A stretch of DNA of 64,000 nt. It comes from Podarcis liolepis (taxonomy: Eukaryota). The stretch lies in the NCBI GenBank assembly GCA_965112155.1, contig OZ218103.1. One strand, 5' to 3'. Below are positions 25,540 through 39,570 of the stretch, piece by piece. The notes beneath the pieces were generated by a model. That model was not told the DNA's origin. It worked only from the letters and a program-made list of their open reading frames with translations, and searched no databases. The position numbers and the translations under genes are program-made. The stretch's first letter is position 1. Each line of letters starts with the position of its first letter.

Positions 25540-27500
25540 GCCGCCTGCGGACATGAGCAAGCCGAGCCCCTGCTGCACTCTGTACACGCTCAATGCCACC
25601 GCCCGTTATTCCCGGGTTGCTCCTAAGGCCCGGCCATCGGCGGACCTCTCCAGCAGCCCTGCCGCCGCCGCTGGGGGAGAAAGTGGCGGTGTAACGACGG
25701 GGAGGGCCCCACCGCGCGGCTGCCTCTCCTCTCCAGCAGCCGGGGCTGCCGCGGCTCCTTTAAGAGCCGCAGGTCTATGGAAATGAGCGTCGGCTAGCTG
25801 CTGCCGCAGCGGAGCCTTGCCGGGCTGGTTGGCAGGCGGAGAGACCTTCGCGGGCTGCGAACAAGAGCGCACGCGGCGGCGGTGGCGGCGGCGGCGGCGG
25901 ACCTGCTGGGGCTGATCGGCGGAGCCGGCGGGCGCCTCGGCCCGGATCCTCCGCTGGGCATGAAGCGCAGCTGCTGAGCGACGCGCGGACGGACGGAGCG
26001 AGAGGAAGCCGGAGTGCGGGCGGCGGCGGCGGGAGATGGGCGGCGGCTGCGGCTGCTGCGCCCCCGGCCGGGCTGTGCTGCTGCTGCTGGCGGCGCTGGG
26101 GATCCCCCGCTCGGCCGCAGCCCGGAGCCCCCCGGGGCCGCCCTGCGCCCCCTTCAGCGGACCGGCCTGGCCGCCGCCGCCGGAGCCGGAGCTGCTCTCC
26201 GCTTGCGCCGCGCCGCCGCTCTCGTGGCGCTGCCCGGCCGCGCGTCCTGCCCGCGGCCTCTGGGCGCACCTGCTCGGGCCGCGCTGCGGCGGCGGCGACG
26301 CGGCTGAGGACGGCGACTTGGTGCTGCTGAGCCGGCTGCTGCTGGCCCCGGAGCCGGGCCCGCGGTTCCGCAGGGGGCGCAGGCGGGCGATGTGCATGGA
26401 GCCGGGCGCGCGCGTCCCCCTGCCGCCGGCCAGCTCGCGGGGAGGCTGCCGGCTGCGCTGCCGGTTGCGAGGCGACAGCGGCGGGAGCGAGCCGTCGGAC
26501 CACCTCCAGGAGGACTTGATGCTGCCCCCTCGGGCCAGGTGCCTCCGCTCCGGGCACCCGTTACGCCTGGAGCTCCTGTGCAGCCTCTGTGAGGAGGAGG
26601 AGGAGGAAGAGACCTTTGTCCTGTGGAGCCTCGTCCTGGGCTCTTCGCAGCAGCAGATGGAGAAGCTGTGGCAATCCGAGGGGGCCCCCCGAGGTGGCGC
26701 GGGGAGCAGCCGCTCCAAGAGGAACGTCAACGCCAGCCCTCAGTTCCAGATGCCAGCCTACCAGGCTTCAGTGCCGGAGAACAGGCCGGCGGGGACCCCC
26801 GTGATCATGCTGCGGGCCCTGGACCCTGATGAGGGCGAGTGGGGCCGCTTGGACTACTCCATGGATGCCCTCTACGACAGCCGCTCCAACAGCTTCTTTG
26901 CCATCGATGCCCAGACGGGGGCCGTGACAACGGCTGAGGAGCTGGACCGGGAGACCAAGAGCACCCACGTGTTCCGCGTGACGGCCACGGACCACGGCGT
27001 GCCACGCCGCACCGCCCTGGCCACCCTCATGATCACGGTGAGCGACACCAATGACCACGACCCGGTCTTTGAGCAGCAGGAGTACAAGGAGAGCATGCGG
27101 GAGAACCTGGAGGTGGGCTACGAGGTGCTGACGGTGAGGGCCACGGATGGGGATGCCAGCCCCAACGCCAACATCCTCTACCGCATCCTGAACGGGAACG
27201 GCTCCAACCGGATCTTTGAGATTGACCCCAAGTCCGGCGTCATTCGCACCAACGGCCTGGTGGACCGGGAAGCGGTTGAGGCCTACCAGCTGATGGTGGA
27301 GGCCAACGACCAAGGCAAAGACCCGGGGCCACGCAGCACCACAGCCACGATCCACATCACAGTGGAGGATGATAACGACAACTCACCGCAGTTCAGCGAG
27401 AAACGCTACGTGGTGCAGGTGCCCGAGAACGTGGCCTCCAACACTCACATCCTGCGGGTCAATGCGACCGACCGGGACAAAGGCAGCAATGCTCTGGTGC
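25540..27500. promoter_or_regulatory. CELSR2 promoter/exon 1 CpG island
   Basis: Very high GC and CpG density, GGC runs, TATA-like TTTAAGA near 25759. Confidence 0.85.
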
Positions 27501-29507
27501 ATTACAGCATCATGAGTGGCAACACCCGCGGCCAGTTCTACATCGATGCCCAGACAGGTAACATAGATGTGGTCAGCCAGCTTGACTATGAGATGAACAA
27601 GGAATACACCCTCCGCATTAGGGCCCAGGATGGAGGAAGACCCCCTCTTTCCAACATCAGTGGCCTGGTGACCATCCAGGTGTTGGATGTCAATGACAAT
27701 GCCCCCATATTTGTCAGCACCCCTTTTCAGTCCACGGTGCTGGAGAATGTCCCTGTGGGCTACTCTGTCATCCACATCCAAGCCATTGATGCGGATTCTG
27801 GGGAGAACGCTCGGCTGGAGTATGCTCTGGTTGACACGAGCTCTGATTTCCCCTTCACCATCAATAACAACACAGGCTGGATTGTGGTGGCCTCCGAATT
27901 GGACCGTGAAGCTGTGGACTTCTACAACTTTGGTGTTGAGGCCCGAGACCACGGTAGCCCCCCCATGACCTCCTCGGCCAGTGTCAGCATCACCGTCCTG
28001 GACGTCAATGATAACAATCCTGAGTTTACTCAAAAGGAATATACCATGAGGCTCAATGAAGACGCTGCTGTGGGCACCAGTGTCCTTACAGTCTCTGCCA
28101 TTGACCGGGATGTCAACAGTGTCATCACCTACCAGATCACTAATGGGAACACCCGCAATCGCTTCTCCATAACCAGCCAGAGTGGTGGGGGTCTCATCAC
28201 CCTTGCCCTACCCTTGGATTACAAATTAGAGCGTCAGTACCTGCTTACCATTACTGCTTCCGATGGCACACGACTCGACACGGCCCAGGTTTTTGTGAAT
28301 GTGACAGATGCCAACACACACCGACCAGTCTTCCAAAGCTCCCACTACACCGTGAACATCAATGAGGACAGGCCAGTGGGTACCACTGTAGTTATTATTA
28401 GTGCTACGGATGAAGACACGGGGGAGAATGCCCGCATTACTTACTTCATGGAAGACAGTATCCCTCAGTTCAAGATAGATATGGATACTGGTGCTGTCAC
28501 CACTCAGATGGAGCTGGACTACGAGGATCAGGTGTCCTACACGTTGGCAATTACAGCCCGGGACAATGGTATCCCCCAGAAATCAGATACTACCTACCTG
28601 GAGATCCTAGTCAACGATGTAAATGACAACGCACCTCAGTTCTTAAGGGATAACTACCAGGGTTCTGTATATGAGGATGTGCCAGCTTTCACGAGTGTCC
28701 TGCAGGTTTCCGCCACCGACAGAGACTCTGGGCTGAATGGGAGGGTGTTCTATACCTTCCAGGGTGGGGACGATGGGGATGGAGACTTCATAATTGAATC
28801 CACATCGGGCATTGTTAGGACACTGCGCAGGCTGGACAGGGAGAATGTCCCATTGTATGAGCTTAGGGCATATGCCGTTGATAAGGGCATGCCAGCCATG
28901 AGGACCCCTATTGATGTCTATATCACTGTTCTTGACGTCAACGACAACCCCCCTGTCTTTGAACAGGATGAGTTTGACATTTTTGTTGAGGAGAACAGCC
29001 CCATTGGTTTAGTGGTGGCCCGGATCACTGCCAGCGACCCAGATGAGGGCACCAATGCCCAGATCATGTATCAGATAGTGGAAGGCAACATTCCCGAGGT
29101 CTTTCAACTTGACATCTTCTCCGGAGAGCTGACGGCACTGATGGATTTGGATTATGAGGCCAAGTCTGAGTATGTCATTGTGGTCCAGGCTACTTCAGCC
29201 CCACTCGTCAGCCGGGCCACTGTGCACGTCCGTCTGCTGGATAAGAACGACAACATTCCTGTCTTGAAGAATTTTGAGATCCTCTTCAATAACTATATCA
29301 CCAACAAGTCCAGCAGTTTCCCCACGGGTGTGATTGGCAGAATCCCAGCCTATGACCCGGATGTCTCTGATACGCTTACCTACAGCTTTGAGCAAGGCAA
29401 CGAACTGAGGCTGGTGCTCCTGAACCACAGCACTGGAGAGCTACGTCTGAGCAGGGCCTTGGATAACAACAGGCCTTTGGAAGCGATCATGAGAGTATCT
29501 GTGTCAG
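26036..29507 (+). CDS. CELSR2: Cadherin EGF LAG seven-pass G-type receptor 2, coding exon 1 (signal peptide, prodomain, cadherin repeats)
   Basis: Hydrophobic signal AVLLLLAALG and furin site RSKR|NVNASPQF. Tandem cadherin repeats with LDRE/LDYE, DxNDN and AxDxD motifs. Ends LDNNRPLEAIMRVSVS-G|gtaagg. Position downstream of SARS1 supports the CELSR2 paralog. Confidence 0.95.
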
Positions 29508-29650
29508 GTAAGGTGGCAAATGCATTCCTGTGCGTTTGGGTTTGGATCTCAAGTTTTGGGGGAAAGAAGCTTTGGGAGCAGTCTAGTTGCTCCAAAACTC
29601 TGCATGCCTACCTCATGCTTTCCTAACCTTGTGGCTACTCTCAAATGGCA

Positions 29651-29777
29651 TCATAGAATCTTAGAGTTGGAAGGGACCCAAGGGTCATCTAGTCCAACCC
29701 CCTGCAATGCAGGAATCTCAGCTAAAGCATCCATGACAGATGGCCATCCAACCTCTGCTTTAAAACATCTAAGGAAG
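29651..29777 (-). mobile_element. CR1 3' terminal fragment
   Basis: tcatagaatcttagagttggaagggacc...gatggccatccaacctctgc, same family as 14767-15088. Confidence 0.8.
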
Positions 29778-31756
29778 CTTTTAAAGAAAGGGCGTCTGAT
29801 CACACCCAGAAAACTTTTGCTAAATAACCATTCTGAATATGTGGTATATGGCCACACTGCCTCCCCCAGCCTGGAGCCCTGGACTGCAACTCCCACCATC
29901 CCTGAATTTTGGCCATGCTGGCTTAGGCTTCTGGGAGTTGTAGTCCAAAACATCTTTACACCCGCTTTTGACACTTGAGATGTACGTTTTTAGGACCTAC
30001 CTCATTTCTAAGATTGTTAGTTGTTTTAATCTGGTTTTAATATTGTGTTTGAACTGTTGTAACCTACCCTGGGACCTTAGGGTAATGGGTAGGTAATTAA
30101 TAATAATAATAATAATAATCTGCGGAGCACCAGGTCAGGGGAGGCTGGCTTAATCTGTTGTTTGCAATTAGGAAGCATTTAGCTGATCATTGCCAAGGTG
30201 CAGCAGCAGCAGCAGCAAAGTAGACCTGCTTTTTTGGAATTGGTGGAGGTTGCATAACAGCCAAATGGCGATCCAGGATTCCGTGCGCTGCTCCAGTTGG
30301 CTGCCCCAGTCTTTGCTCTGAGACAACAGCCGAAGCTGCAGAGTTTCTCTCCCCTCCATCTCTTCCACAGGCTCCCAGTATCCCAGCCAAAGAATCTTCT
30401 TCCTCCTGCCCTTCCTTTCTATTCCCTTTGAATGGAACCAACCACTTGGGGCTAATTCCATATAAAATTGGCTTTCCTTGCATGCGAGCTGAATGCATGA
30501 TGATTTGATGCCACCAATAGTGGCTTTTGGTGTTTGTGGCATTGCGGGTGAGGCAGGAGGAGTGCAAGATGGGTCTGTTCTGTGATCATTCATTCGGAAG
30601 ATGGAGCTGATCTTCCTCTGATCTCTGAGATTCTGTTTATCAGTGCCTGGAAGACGAGGGAGATATTTGGCTGTCCTATAAGGAAGCTTTTAGTATGTCA
30701 GTGTCATTGCTACCAGACATAGTCCCACAACAAACATGGCTCTTTTCTCCCAGAGCTTATACTCCTGTATGCTTTTTATTCCTCAATACAGTATGCCACA
30801 ATACTTTTTGGGTGGTATGCTGCTAAGTTTTACACAGACCCACTGAAATTGATGATCTCCATTCTTTGCAGTGGGTCTACTGTCAGTGAAAGGTAGTCAA
30901 ATTCCACCGCTTGTTGCATTTTTGCTGCAACTGAGAAATGAACGCAGCTACTCTTCTGCAACACAGACATGGAATTTGTGTGCGTGAGATGGGTGTAGTA
31001 TGTGGGGAAATGTGTCACTGGAGTAGAATAGCTGTTTTGTCCAGGAGAAGGTTGCAGTCCCTTTAATTAGCCAGATAGTCTCCTTTTCCTACACTGCCAC
31101 TTTATTACAATGCCCGGTGTCTGTGCTTTGCAATTACATTAAATTAAATGCCACTGTCCCAGTGCAGAACTTTGCAGGGTAAGCAGAGAGGCAAGCATCA
31201 GCAGAGACAGTTGTTGTTTTTAGGATATAAACTGATGTAAGGATGGGGAACCTGTGGCCTTGCAAAGGTTGCTGAGCTGCAACTCCATCATTCCTGAACA
31301 TCAGCCATACTGGATGGGGCTGATAGGAGTTGATTTATTAAATTTGCATAGCGGCCTTCATCCAAAGAGGGCAGGGTATTCCAGCATCACCTGGAGGGTC
31401 ACAGGCATCCCATCCCTGGGTTAATGTTAAAGCTACAGCTAACTCATCTTCAGGGTGTCAAGGGCTTACAGAAGGACCAGTGCCAAAATCTCAGCATAGA
31501 GGACCACAGGTGGATGAAAGGTAAAATGGTAACGTATGGCAAGCATAAGAAGAGCCATCAGGCTAAAGCTCAGCCAGTACTCAGTCCACTATTCTGTTCT
31601 CATATCAGCTAACCAGATGCCTGTGGGAAACCTGCATGCAGGACCCAAGTTCAACAAGGGTCTCCCAGCTTCCTGCTCCCCTCTGAATAGTGGTTGATTT
31701 ACAAAAAGTTGACTGTGAACTGCATAATTTGAATTTGCTTTAGCCTCTTGGAACAG

Positions 31757-31885
31757 GGATGCAGAACCTGTGGACCTCGTGATGTTGCTGGACTCCAACT
31801 CCCATCTGCCTCAGCCTGCATGGCCAACAGCTAGGGATGCTGGGAGTTGTAGTTCAACAGCATATGGAAGTCTACAGGTCCCCTT
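31757..31885. mobile_element. ~130-bp palindromic MITE (likely hAT-type), multi-copy family
   Basis: Inverted arms ggactccaactcccatc / gatgctgggagttgtagttc. Related copies near 24730, 29860, 31240, 52505, 53210, 56290 and 57043. Confidence 0.6.
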
Positions 31886-34256
31886 TCCTTTTTCTGGAAT
31901 TCTGGTGACATCAGGTAGAGAGAGGTCCTGCTCAGGAATGGCTTAGTCATCCAAGGCTTGCTTACATGTAGCCTCATCCAGGAGGCAGTTCCTGATCCCA
32001 AAGTGTGTGTTTCTAACCATTTCCAGCAACTTTTAAAAGAGACTATGGCCATGCCATAATGTCAGTGGGTTGTATTCAGTGCTTTGCCAACAGGGTTCCA
32101 TGGGCACAATGTTTTCTCTCCTACTCCCATTCTAGATGGTTCCCCCCAACCTTCTAGAGCCGATTTTAAGGGCACATGGAAGGGTGGAGGGGGAAATAAG
32201 TTCCACTGAGTACCCAGAAGACCCTTCCACCGACGGAGCTGAAGCTATTGCCCTGCTATCTTCAAATATGCTACTGAAAATGGGTGGAGAACACATTTTC
32301 CAGATGGGCTCTTGTGTTTCATTGGTGGGTGAGCATCGTCAATATATAATGTTGTAGACTAGTGTGTGCTGAACGCATGTCTGAATGGATAGATGAGCTA
32401 AGGCTGGCAAGGTATATAAAGCTTACTAAGGATTTTCCCACGAAGAATACTCTGCTGCACCTTCACAACTTGTTCCGGGTTCAAGGGGCTCTGGGCAAAG
32501 TGTCCTTTAGTGGGCTTCCTCCTCTGTCAGCATTCTATGGTGGGCTTACTGAGTCAACGGCATTGCTCAGAGCGGTGTCTGTTTGCCATTTAATTTCCCA
32601 CAATGTTTCTGGTGTAGCATTGCTTTTGGGCGTTGTGGGAAATACCCACCTATCTGGCACTGCTTAGAGTGCCAGATCAGATTTGTTTAGAAAGGGGCAG
32701 AGGTGGGTCCTTCCCAGTTGCCGGGGCTATGGACTCTGCCCAAGAACAGCAGGGGCTGATCCTGGCTCTGATGACTGCCCTCCTCCCCACTCTGGCCGCA
32801 AAGGACTAGGCTGTGAGTGAGGAACATGTGGTGGTCGTGGGCGTAGTTGGAGGAAGGGAGAGAAGCCACTTGGGCAAACAGGATAGAGCTTACACGCCTT
32901 ACATCCTCCCCCCCCCCCACATTCATGTTAAATCTCATGAATCAGGATGTTGTTGACTCACTTCTGCAAAGCCTCCCACTCTGTGCTGGAGCGAATTCAA
33001 CCTGGCAGATGCTCCTTTTCCTAACTTAGATCTGGTGGCTTGATAGCACACATCCCTCTTTTATGCAGAGTTCGAGGCCTGCACCCTATTTGTCCAGCAG
33101 GAATTGGAGGCTTTGGAGAGGATGGGCTATGACTACAAAACTTTGGGCTCCTCACTTCTTCGCAACCCAGCCTCTTTGCCTCTATAGGCAGGAATTTCCT
33201 CAAGGCAAAATCACGCCAGGTGTGGTTGGTGCCTCGCCTGCACCTGATCCTTAGTGAAACTGAATCATTGTGTGTGCGAATCTGGCAACTTTCATTGGCC
33301 CTAGAGTCATCCCTACCAAGGATGGGAAGTATCTGCTGGTGGAACTCCTTGGAGGAACGTAGCCTGGCCTAGCCTGGCCAGCATCTACAATTGCTCTCCG
33401 CCTTCAAGTAACTAGTTATTACTTGCCTATTACTCTCCTGGGTCTTTGTAGCAGCACCTGTTCGACAAGGTTTTCGCCAGGAATTAGAGCTGAATTTATG
33501 GTCCAAATTCTGCTTGTGATGCAGTTGGCATCTGCCTTCAGGGAAGGCTAATAACAGATTGTTACAGCACGCACAAAGTGAAGTGAAACCTGCCAACTGC
33601 CATTGGCAATTTGACTAGGCTGCTTTCGCAGGGCGACGGGACAGGAGATTTTTGTGGCGGGGTAGGAATGGGTGGTAGATGCATCTGAGTTTTGGGGAAA
33701 AGCCAGATCTTAGTGATAGAGCATCTGTCTTACATGCGGGGGGTCCTGGGTTCAGCCCCTAGCATCCCCTAGTTGGAAAAGGAACACACCAATCTGAAAC
33801 TCTGGAGAGTTACTGCTAGTCAGTGTAGACAATACTGAACTACATGGACCAAGTCTGATTCAGTATAAGCTATATTTCAAGTTGGCAGGGGCAGCAAAGA
33901 TCATGTAGGCCAAATCCTTACCACAGCTAGTGTTTTCTCTACCTAAACAGCAGAAATAAATGTTAACACGTCCTCTCTAAAACAGCAATGACCAAAACTT
34001 CAAAAGGAGATGATTTCATGAGATCCTAGGCAAATCATTTTGTTGCTCAGTTGCTGTTGCAGCCAAGTTCTTCCTATTTTGTAGAATGACTGTTGTTTAC
34101 CTGCAAGTTAAACCCCACAGACTCCTGTCCTCCTTTTAGTGGCAAAAGAAATTGCTTGCTTTCAGTTTGATTTATGGCAAGGCCATATATAAGTTACTTA
34201 GCTGTCTTTTCTGTCAGCTGCATAATTCCCTGGTTGTCTTTCTTCACATCATAATC

Positions 34257-34397
34257 NNNNNNNNNNNNNNNNNNNNNNNNNNNNNNNNNNNNNNNNNNNN
34301 NNNNNNNNNNNNNNNNNNNNNNNNNNNNNNNNNNNNNNNNNNNNNNNNNNNNNNNNNNNNNNNNNNNNNNNNNNNNNNNNNNNNNNNNNNNNNNNNN
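34257..34397. other. Assembly gap
   Basis: 141 N. Confidence 0.99.
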
Positions 34398-35463
34398 CAT
34401 TCTTTCATGTATGGCGTCCAAATTGGGCACGACACGTCCTGCTAAAGCTAACCCCAAATTGTTATTGATTAAAAATGACACCATCATTATCATGTGAGCA
34501 TTGGGTATCTCCCCATGCAGACTTAAGAGAACTCCCCCCCAACCAACTAGAAACCAAAACCTTTTTTTTGTGGTGAAGCTGCTGAGGTTGGAGTTCTGGC
34601 AAAATACACAGTCTCTGATGCTGTCTGCTGTCAGAGATTTCACACGCCAAGTCAGGACTTGCAAAGTCGTTAATGTTTTTAGTCTATCCCTTCCTAAGAG
34701 GGATGGCATACTTTTTTCCCATCCCAGCTCACAAGTTCAGTATTCCGGATGATCACAAACATTGTCAAAAAGCTAAGGGGAGAGATTGTGTTTGTATATG
34801 TAGAAGGTCCCAGGAGCATCACTGAACGTTACCCCCTTATTAATGCTGCCCTCCATAGCATGGAAGACGATGGCAGGCCTTCCTGCCGGAGACCAATTTG
34901 GAGATGCTTAAGAGCAGCTGTCCCTGAGTCTCGGCAATTAAACTCTCAGCATGGTGGCTGCCGGTCGCACCTGCTCTGTGGGGATAGGAATACAGGGACT
35001 GGGGAATACTGTACAGTGGATAGATTGGAGTGCCGATAATACACATAGCCCCTGGCTGTCATTGGAGCCCCACTGAATGGTATTCCTGGCTTCTGATGCA
35101 GGGGGAATCCAAGCTGCTGGGGTTTATTGGGAAATTGCTGCAGCTGGCACTCCAGAGCTGGTGACTGCAGAATTAGAGGGAGGGTTTTTTCCTGGTGTGG
35201 CCAGTCAAAGCAGGAGAACAAATTCCCAGTTGTATTTCCAGCTGGTAGGTAGATGGTAATAATTTATTTCATAAAGAATTATATTCTGCTTGATTGATAG
35301 AAAGAATAGGACAATGAAATTGTCGGCAAAAACAGTAAGAAACAACTATTTAAATATTCAGAAATAATTAAAATCAACAATAAGCTAAAAACCCACTTAA
35401 AACACATGTAAACATTCTACATATCTGGGTAGGCTGGCCTAAACAAAAAGTTTTTAGCAGGTA

Positions 35464-35708
35464 CAGTCGTACCTCGGAAGTCAAACGCCTTGCAAGTCGA
35501 ACGTTTTGGCTCCTGAACGCCGCAAACCTAGAAGTGTTCCGGTTTGCAAACATTCTTTAGAACCGAACGTCCAATGCTGCTTCTGTGGCTTCCGATTGGC
35601 TGCAGGAGCTTCCTGCAGCCAATCAGAAGCCGTGCCTTGGTTTCCAAACATTTTGGAACTCAAACGGACTTCCGGAATGGATTCCATTTGACTTCCAACG
35701 TATGACTG
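35464..35708. mobile_element. Tc1/mariner (pogo/Tigger-like) MITE
   Basis: Imperfect TIRs CAGTCGTACCTCGGAAGTCAAA / TTTGACTTCCAACGTATGACTG, with TA at the left flank. Confidence 0.75.
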
Positions 35709-36230
35709 TGCAGTGAAGGTGTCTGCCAGTAGTCAGGGGGTTCCAAAGTGTGGGTGCTACTGCACTAAAAGAGTGATTTATTGCAGATGAGGAATGAGTA
35801 TTATGTGGCACCTGTAGCCGTGCCAGTTCTGCAGATTTGCTGTGACTATGCTCTTCTGCAATGAATCCCCCCCAAAGGCTTTGAAGTAGAGTCAGGACCT
35901 GTGTCACTGGGGGCCATACTACACAATGCATGCAAGTGGACATCATGGTAGTCCAGCAGCCTCTTTTGTAGCCCAGCTCCAGAGGAGGTGGCTGGCGATG
36001 GAAGAATGGCAAGAGTCACCATTGCTTGTGCCAAAGCCTTCATGGAAAAAGTGTGGCGTATGTGAAGAGACTCTTCCTAACTCAGGCAGGGAGATGAGAT
36101 GCTTATGTAAAATATTTGTACAGTATTGAGTGCAGGAACACTTATATAGTGCCATCCACATACACCCTGCTTAAAAAGAATGAGAGAATATTTTGGGGGG
36201 AAGACCCCAGCCCATCTCACCCAGCATTCC

Positions 36231-36368
36231 CAGTTGGTTAGAGTATGTTTCTGATAACGCCAAGGTTGCAGGTTCAATCCCTGTGTGGGACAGCTGCATA
36301 TTCCAGCATTGCAGGGGGTTGGACTAGATGGTACCCATGGTCCATTCCAACTCTACAGTTCTATGATT
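36231..36368 (+). mobile_element. tRNA-Ile-like-head SINE with CR1 3' tail
   Basis: cagttggttagag...ctgataacgccaaggttgcaggttcaatcc resembles tRNA-Ile, followed by gcagggggttggactagatg...ccaactctacagttctatgatt. Confidence 0.7.
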
Positions 36369-37756
36369 TTAATTGGTTAACCAGATGCCTATGAGAAGTC
36401 CATAAACAGGACATGAGCACAATAGCCCTCTCCCATTCTCAGTGCCCAGCAACTGGCATTTGGAGACATATTGCTAGAAGTACATGGCTGGCTGTGTTTG
36501 GACATAATGCCAAATATAACCATGGTGTGGCTTTATGGGAACAAGCTGCAGTGAGCTTTGGGCTTCCACATTCTTCCCTTCCTGCTTCTGGTGCAACTGC
36601 GAGGAAATTGGAACCTTCTACTTCTGTTTTAGGCTACTCAGGATTTAGTGTGCCATCGGAACCCTAAACCGTGGTTAAGCTTAACTGTGGTTTGTTGAAA
36701 CAATCCAGCTTCAAAATCATTTGAAATTGGCTTGTTTGAGCAAGCCGTAGGTAAGATTACTCATAATTTGTCTAGGGTCAGATGTTATGACAAGCTGTGA
36801 TTAATCTCTAAAATGAAAGTGGAGGGGTGCATGAGCCGATGGCTTGCAGTGGTCCGTTCTCATAACACTAAACCATGATTTAGCTGCACACCTGAATGCA
36901 GCCATTGCGTCAGATGTTGAGAATTGCTGCCCTCCCTCCTCGCCTTGGCAAAAAAAAAAAAAAAAAAAGACTGTGAGGAGTGCAAAGCGCAACACAGCTG
37001 CATAGCAAGATGTGAATCTTTCCTTGCTGGATATGGCCTGACAGCAAACTTGCTCCTACTGATGGACTCTAGGCCTGCAAAAAGACTAATTACAAATAAC
37101 ACATAACAAAGATGCCCCAGGGGCAGGAAAATTGTTCAGAACATTCGCTTTCCCCAATGACTTCTGCTTTTTCAGACCAATAATGTTATTCATCAGAGCT
37201 TGCTGTTCACACCTAGAGAAGGGCTTTTATGTAAATGCATTTCCAGATACTGCCAACGGCATGTGTAGATGGCAGGGAGAATAACATGCCATGATTAGAG
37301 CAATGTGTTTGTGGTCAAGCACTACCAAAGATATTATTCATTAAGTTTTCTGTTGTCCATTTATACAAGGTTGGTATGCAAAGATCCCTAAGGAATCTGA
37401 TTAGCAGCAGCCTTTGGCTATTGGACTCTGAAAAGATTCCCCACCCCCAACACCTTCCATTTAGCCAGATTATGTGTGTTGTATATGATGGCAATGTCTG
37501 CAATAGCTTCTGGAAAAAATTCGCAAGCTACATTTTTCCTGCCACTGATTGGAGGATGCACATATTATCCTGGTGAAACAAGGTCTCAGGATCATAGTCA
37601 TGCTTTTTATTAATTTCAGGGAATGTGTATCTTTTAAAATGTGTACAGATGATACACCTGAAAACATGTATTGTACATGTATACTACTAGCTGAATTTGG
37701 CTACCGTTTGATAATGAATGTCCTTTTGGTGGCAAATAGTGACTTATCTCTAAGGG

Positions 37757-37950
37757 TCAGTGTAGTATAGTAGTTAGAGTGCTGGACTATGACCTGGGAG
37801 ACCAGGGTTTGAATCCCTGCTCACCTATGAAGCTCATTGGATGACCTTGGTCCAGTCACTCTCTATTAGCCTAGTCTACCTCACAGGGTTGTTTTGAGGT
37901 TGTTTTGAGGTGGGAAACCATGTATGTCTCATTGAGTTCATTGGAGGACA
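37757..37950 (+). mobile_element. CORE/MIR-like tRNA SINE
   Basis: A/B-box head and cctacctcacagggttg-like core. Same family as the 25082 and ~58363 copies. Confidence 0.7.
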
Positions 37951-39411
37951 GGTAGATGATGATGATGATGATGTGTGAAATGGCCCCAAGTGTACAGAGT
38001 CTGGTGATGTGGCTGTGGTTTCTCTGCAGTTCTTTCTGGCAGGCCAGACAGAGTTAAGACTCGCTATTAGTAACCTTCCTGCATCTTCTGCTACATACAA
38101 CTATTGCCCTGATTGCCATTGCGCTGCTTCTGCTTGCATGGGGATTTTTGTAATTTATTTTCATTTATTTTGTTGATTGAATTCCTACACCACCCTTCAC
38201 CCAAGGAGCACAGGATGAGTTCCAATATAAAAACACAAAGATGTGCAACATAATAACAAACAGAAATAATACCCCTCCCTTTTTTTAAAGGCTGTAGATT
38301 CTTTAGTTAACCAAGGGTCTGGGAAAAGAGCAATCTTTTTGCCTGGTGACTAAATGGTGAATGATGAACAACCCAGTATATGGGGTTTTCCTCTTAATTA
38401 GGTCTCCTGATCATGTGAGTTTGGTAGTACAGATTTAACGGATCCGCTACGAAAACCCTGGAATCCCACTAAAACCACTTGCATTAGTGACTTGAGGGTA
38501 AACCAAGACCCTATATGGCTTTCCCCGAGTTGTGGAGAAAATGTGCTGCAGATGCTTAAAAACAACCAGTCCTAAACTATGTTGAACTTGGCTTGTTACA
38601 TTTTTACTTGGTTTGTTTATAAAAACATTTATATTTCCATTTAAAAGAAAATGCTCAGATTGGCTAACAGCACAGCATCAAAACACAGCACTATTAAATA
38701 CACAATATATACCTAACAAAAGTAACAGGAAACAAGAAACTAAACAAAACACGTAGACAAATCAGCGCAAAACAGTTGATCAACACCTGATATGGCGCAT
38801 GAATTTGCCCGTTCCAAGGGATCAGTCATATACTTCCAACTCTGGGGGGGGGGGGGGTAAAAGCCTGATGAAAAAAGAAGATGTTGAGCAAGCAGTGGAC
38901 AGGTCATGTCAACGCCATCTCCTTCTGTCTGTGTCCCAGTTCAATCTGTAACTGCAGCTGCCTTCAGTTGTCTCCCTGCTCATCACTCAAACGCTGATAG
39001 GCGTCACGTTTTGAAGGCTGGGGAGCAAGATTTCCAGCTATCATGGGACATCATTCTTTCATTAAATCCCTCACCAGGCAAAAAAAACCCCAAACCAAAA
39101 ACACCCTTGGCATGAGGCCCATTCATGCTAATCAAGATAGACCAACCTCCTAACACCTGTGGTTAAAGATTGAAAGGTGGAAGAGAGGCTAGGCAGGGAC
39201 ATTTCATCAAGTTTGTTATGGTTATGAGCAGGGGAAGAAAAATGTTTCAAAAGTGTGCAGGGACTCAACCTTGATAGGAGGTTGAAACCTTGTGTATAAC
39301 ATACCGTGGTGTGTGGGGCTTCCGCTGGAAGCTAAAGTTGAAGCAGTAGAAATGGTCATTTCTGTTGGCAACCTTTGCGCCAATCCTGCTTAATGCCAGC
39401 TGATAACTGCC

Positions 39412-39570
39412 ACATAAGAAGGGCCTGCTGGATCAGGCCAATAGCCTATCTGGTCCAGCATCCTGTTCTTACAGTGGCCACCCATATCTGTCTGGGGAAA
39501 ACATGCAAGCGGAACCTTAGCCCAAGAACACCTTGCCCTCCTGTGGTTTCCTGCAACAGGTATTCCTGCA
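39412..39570 (-). mobile_element. L2/CR1-clade LINE 3' end
   Basis: cataagaagggcctgctggatcaggccaat...tccagcatcctgttc. Related copies near 23760, 31545 and 36375. Confidence 0.55.

Noticed and set aside
25606-28033. Long antisense and alternate-frame ORFs (374, 260, 195 and 216 aa) over CELSR2 exon 1
   Set aside because: Expected from extreme GC content and the codon bias of the sense CDS; low-complexity products with no recognisable homology
29508-29626. C-terminal 39 aa of the 1196-aa ORF
   Set aside because: Read-through into intron 1 past the canonical G|gtaagg donor
34152-34709. ORFs spanning poly-X
   Set aside because: Artefacts of the N gap
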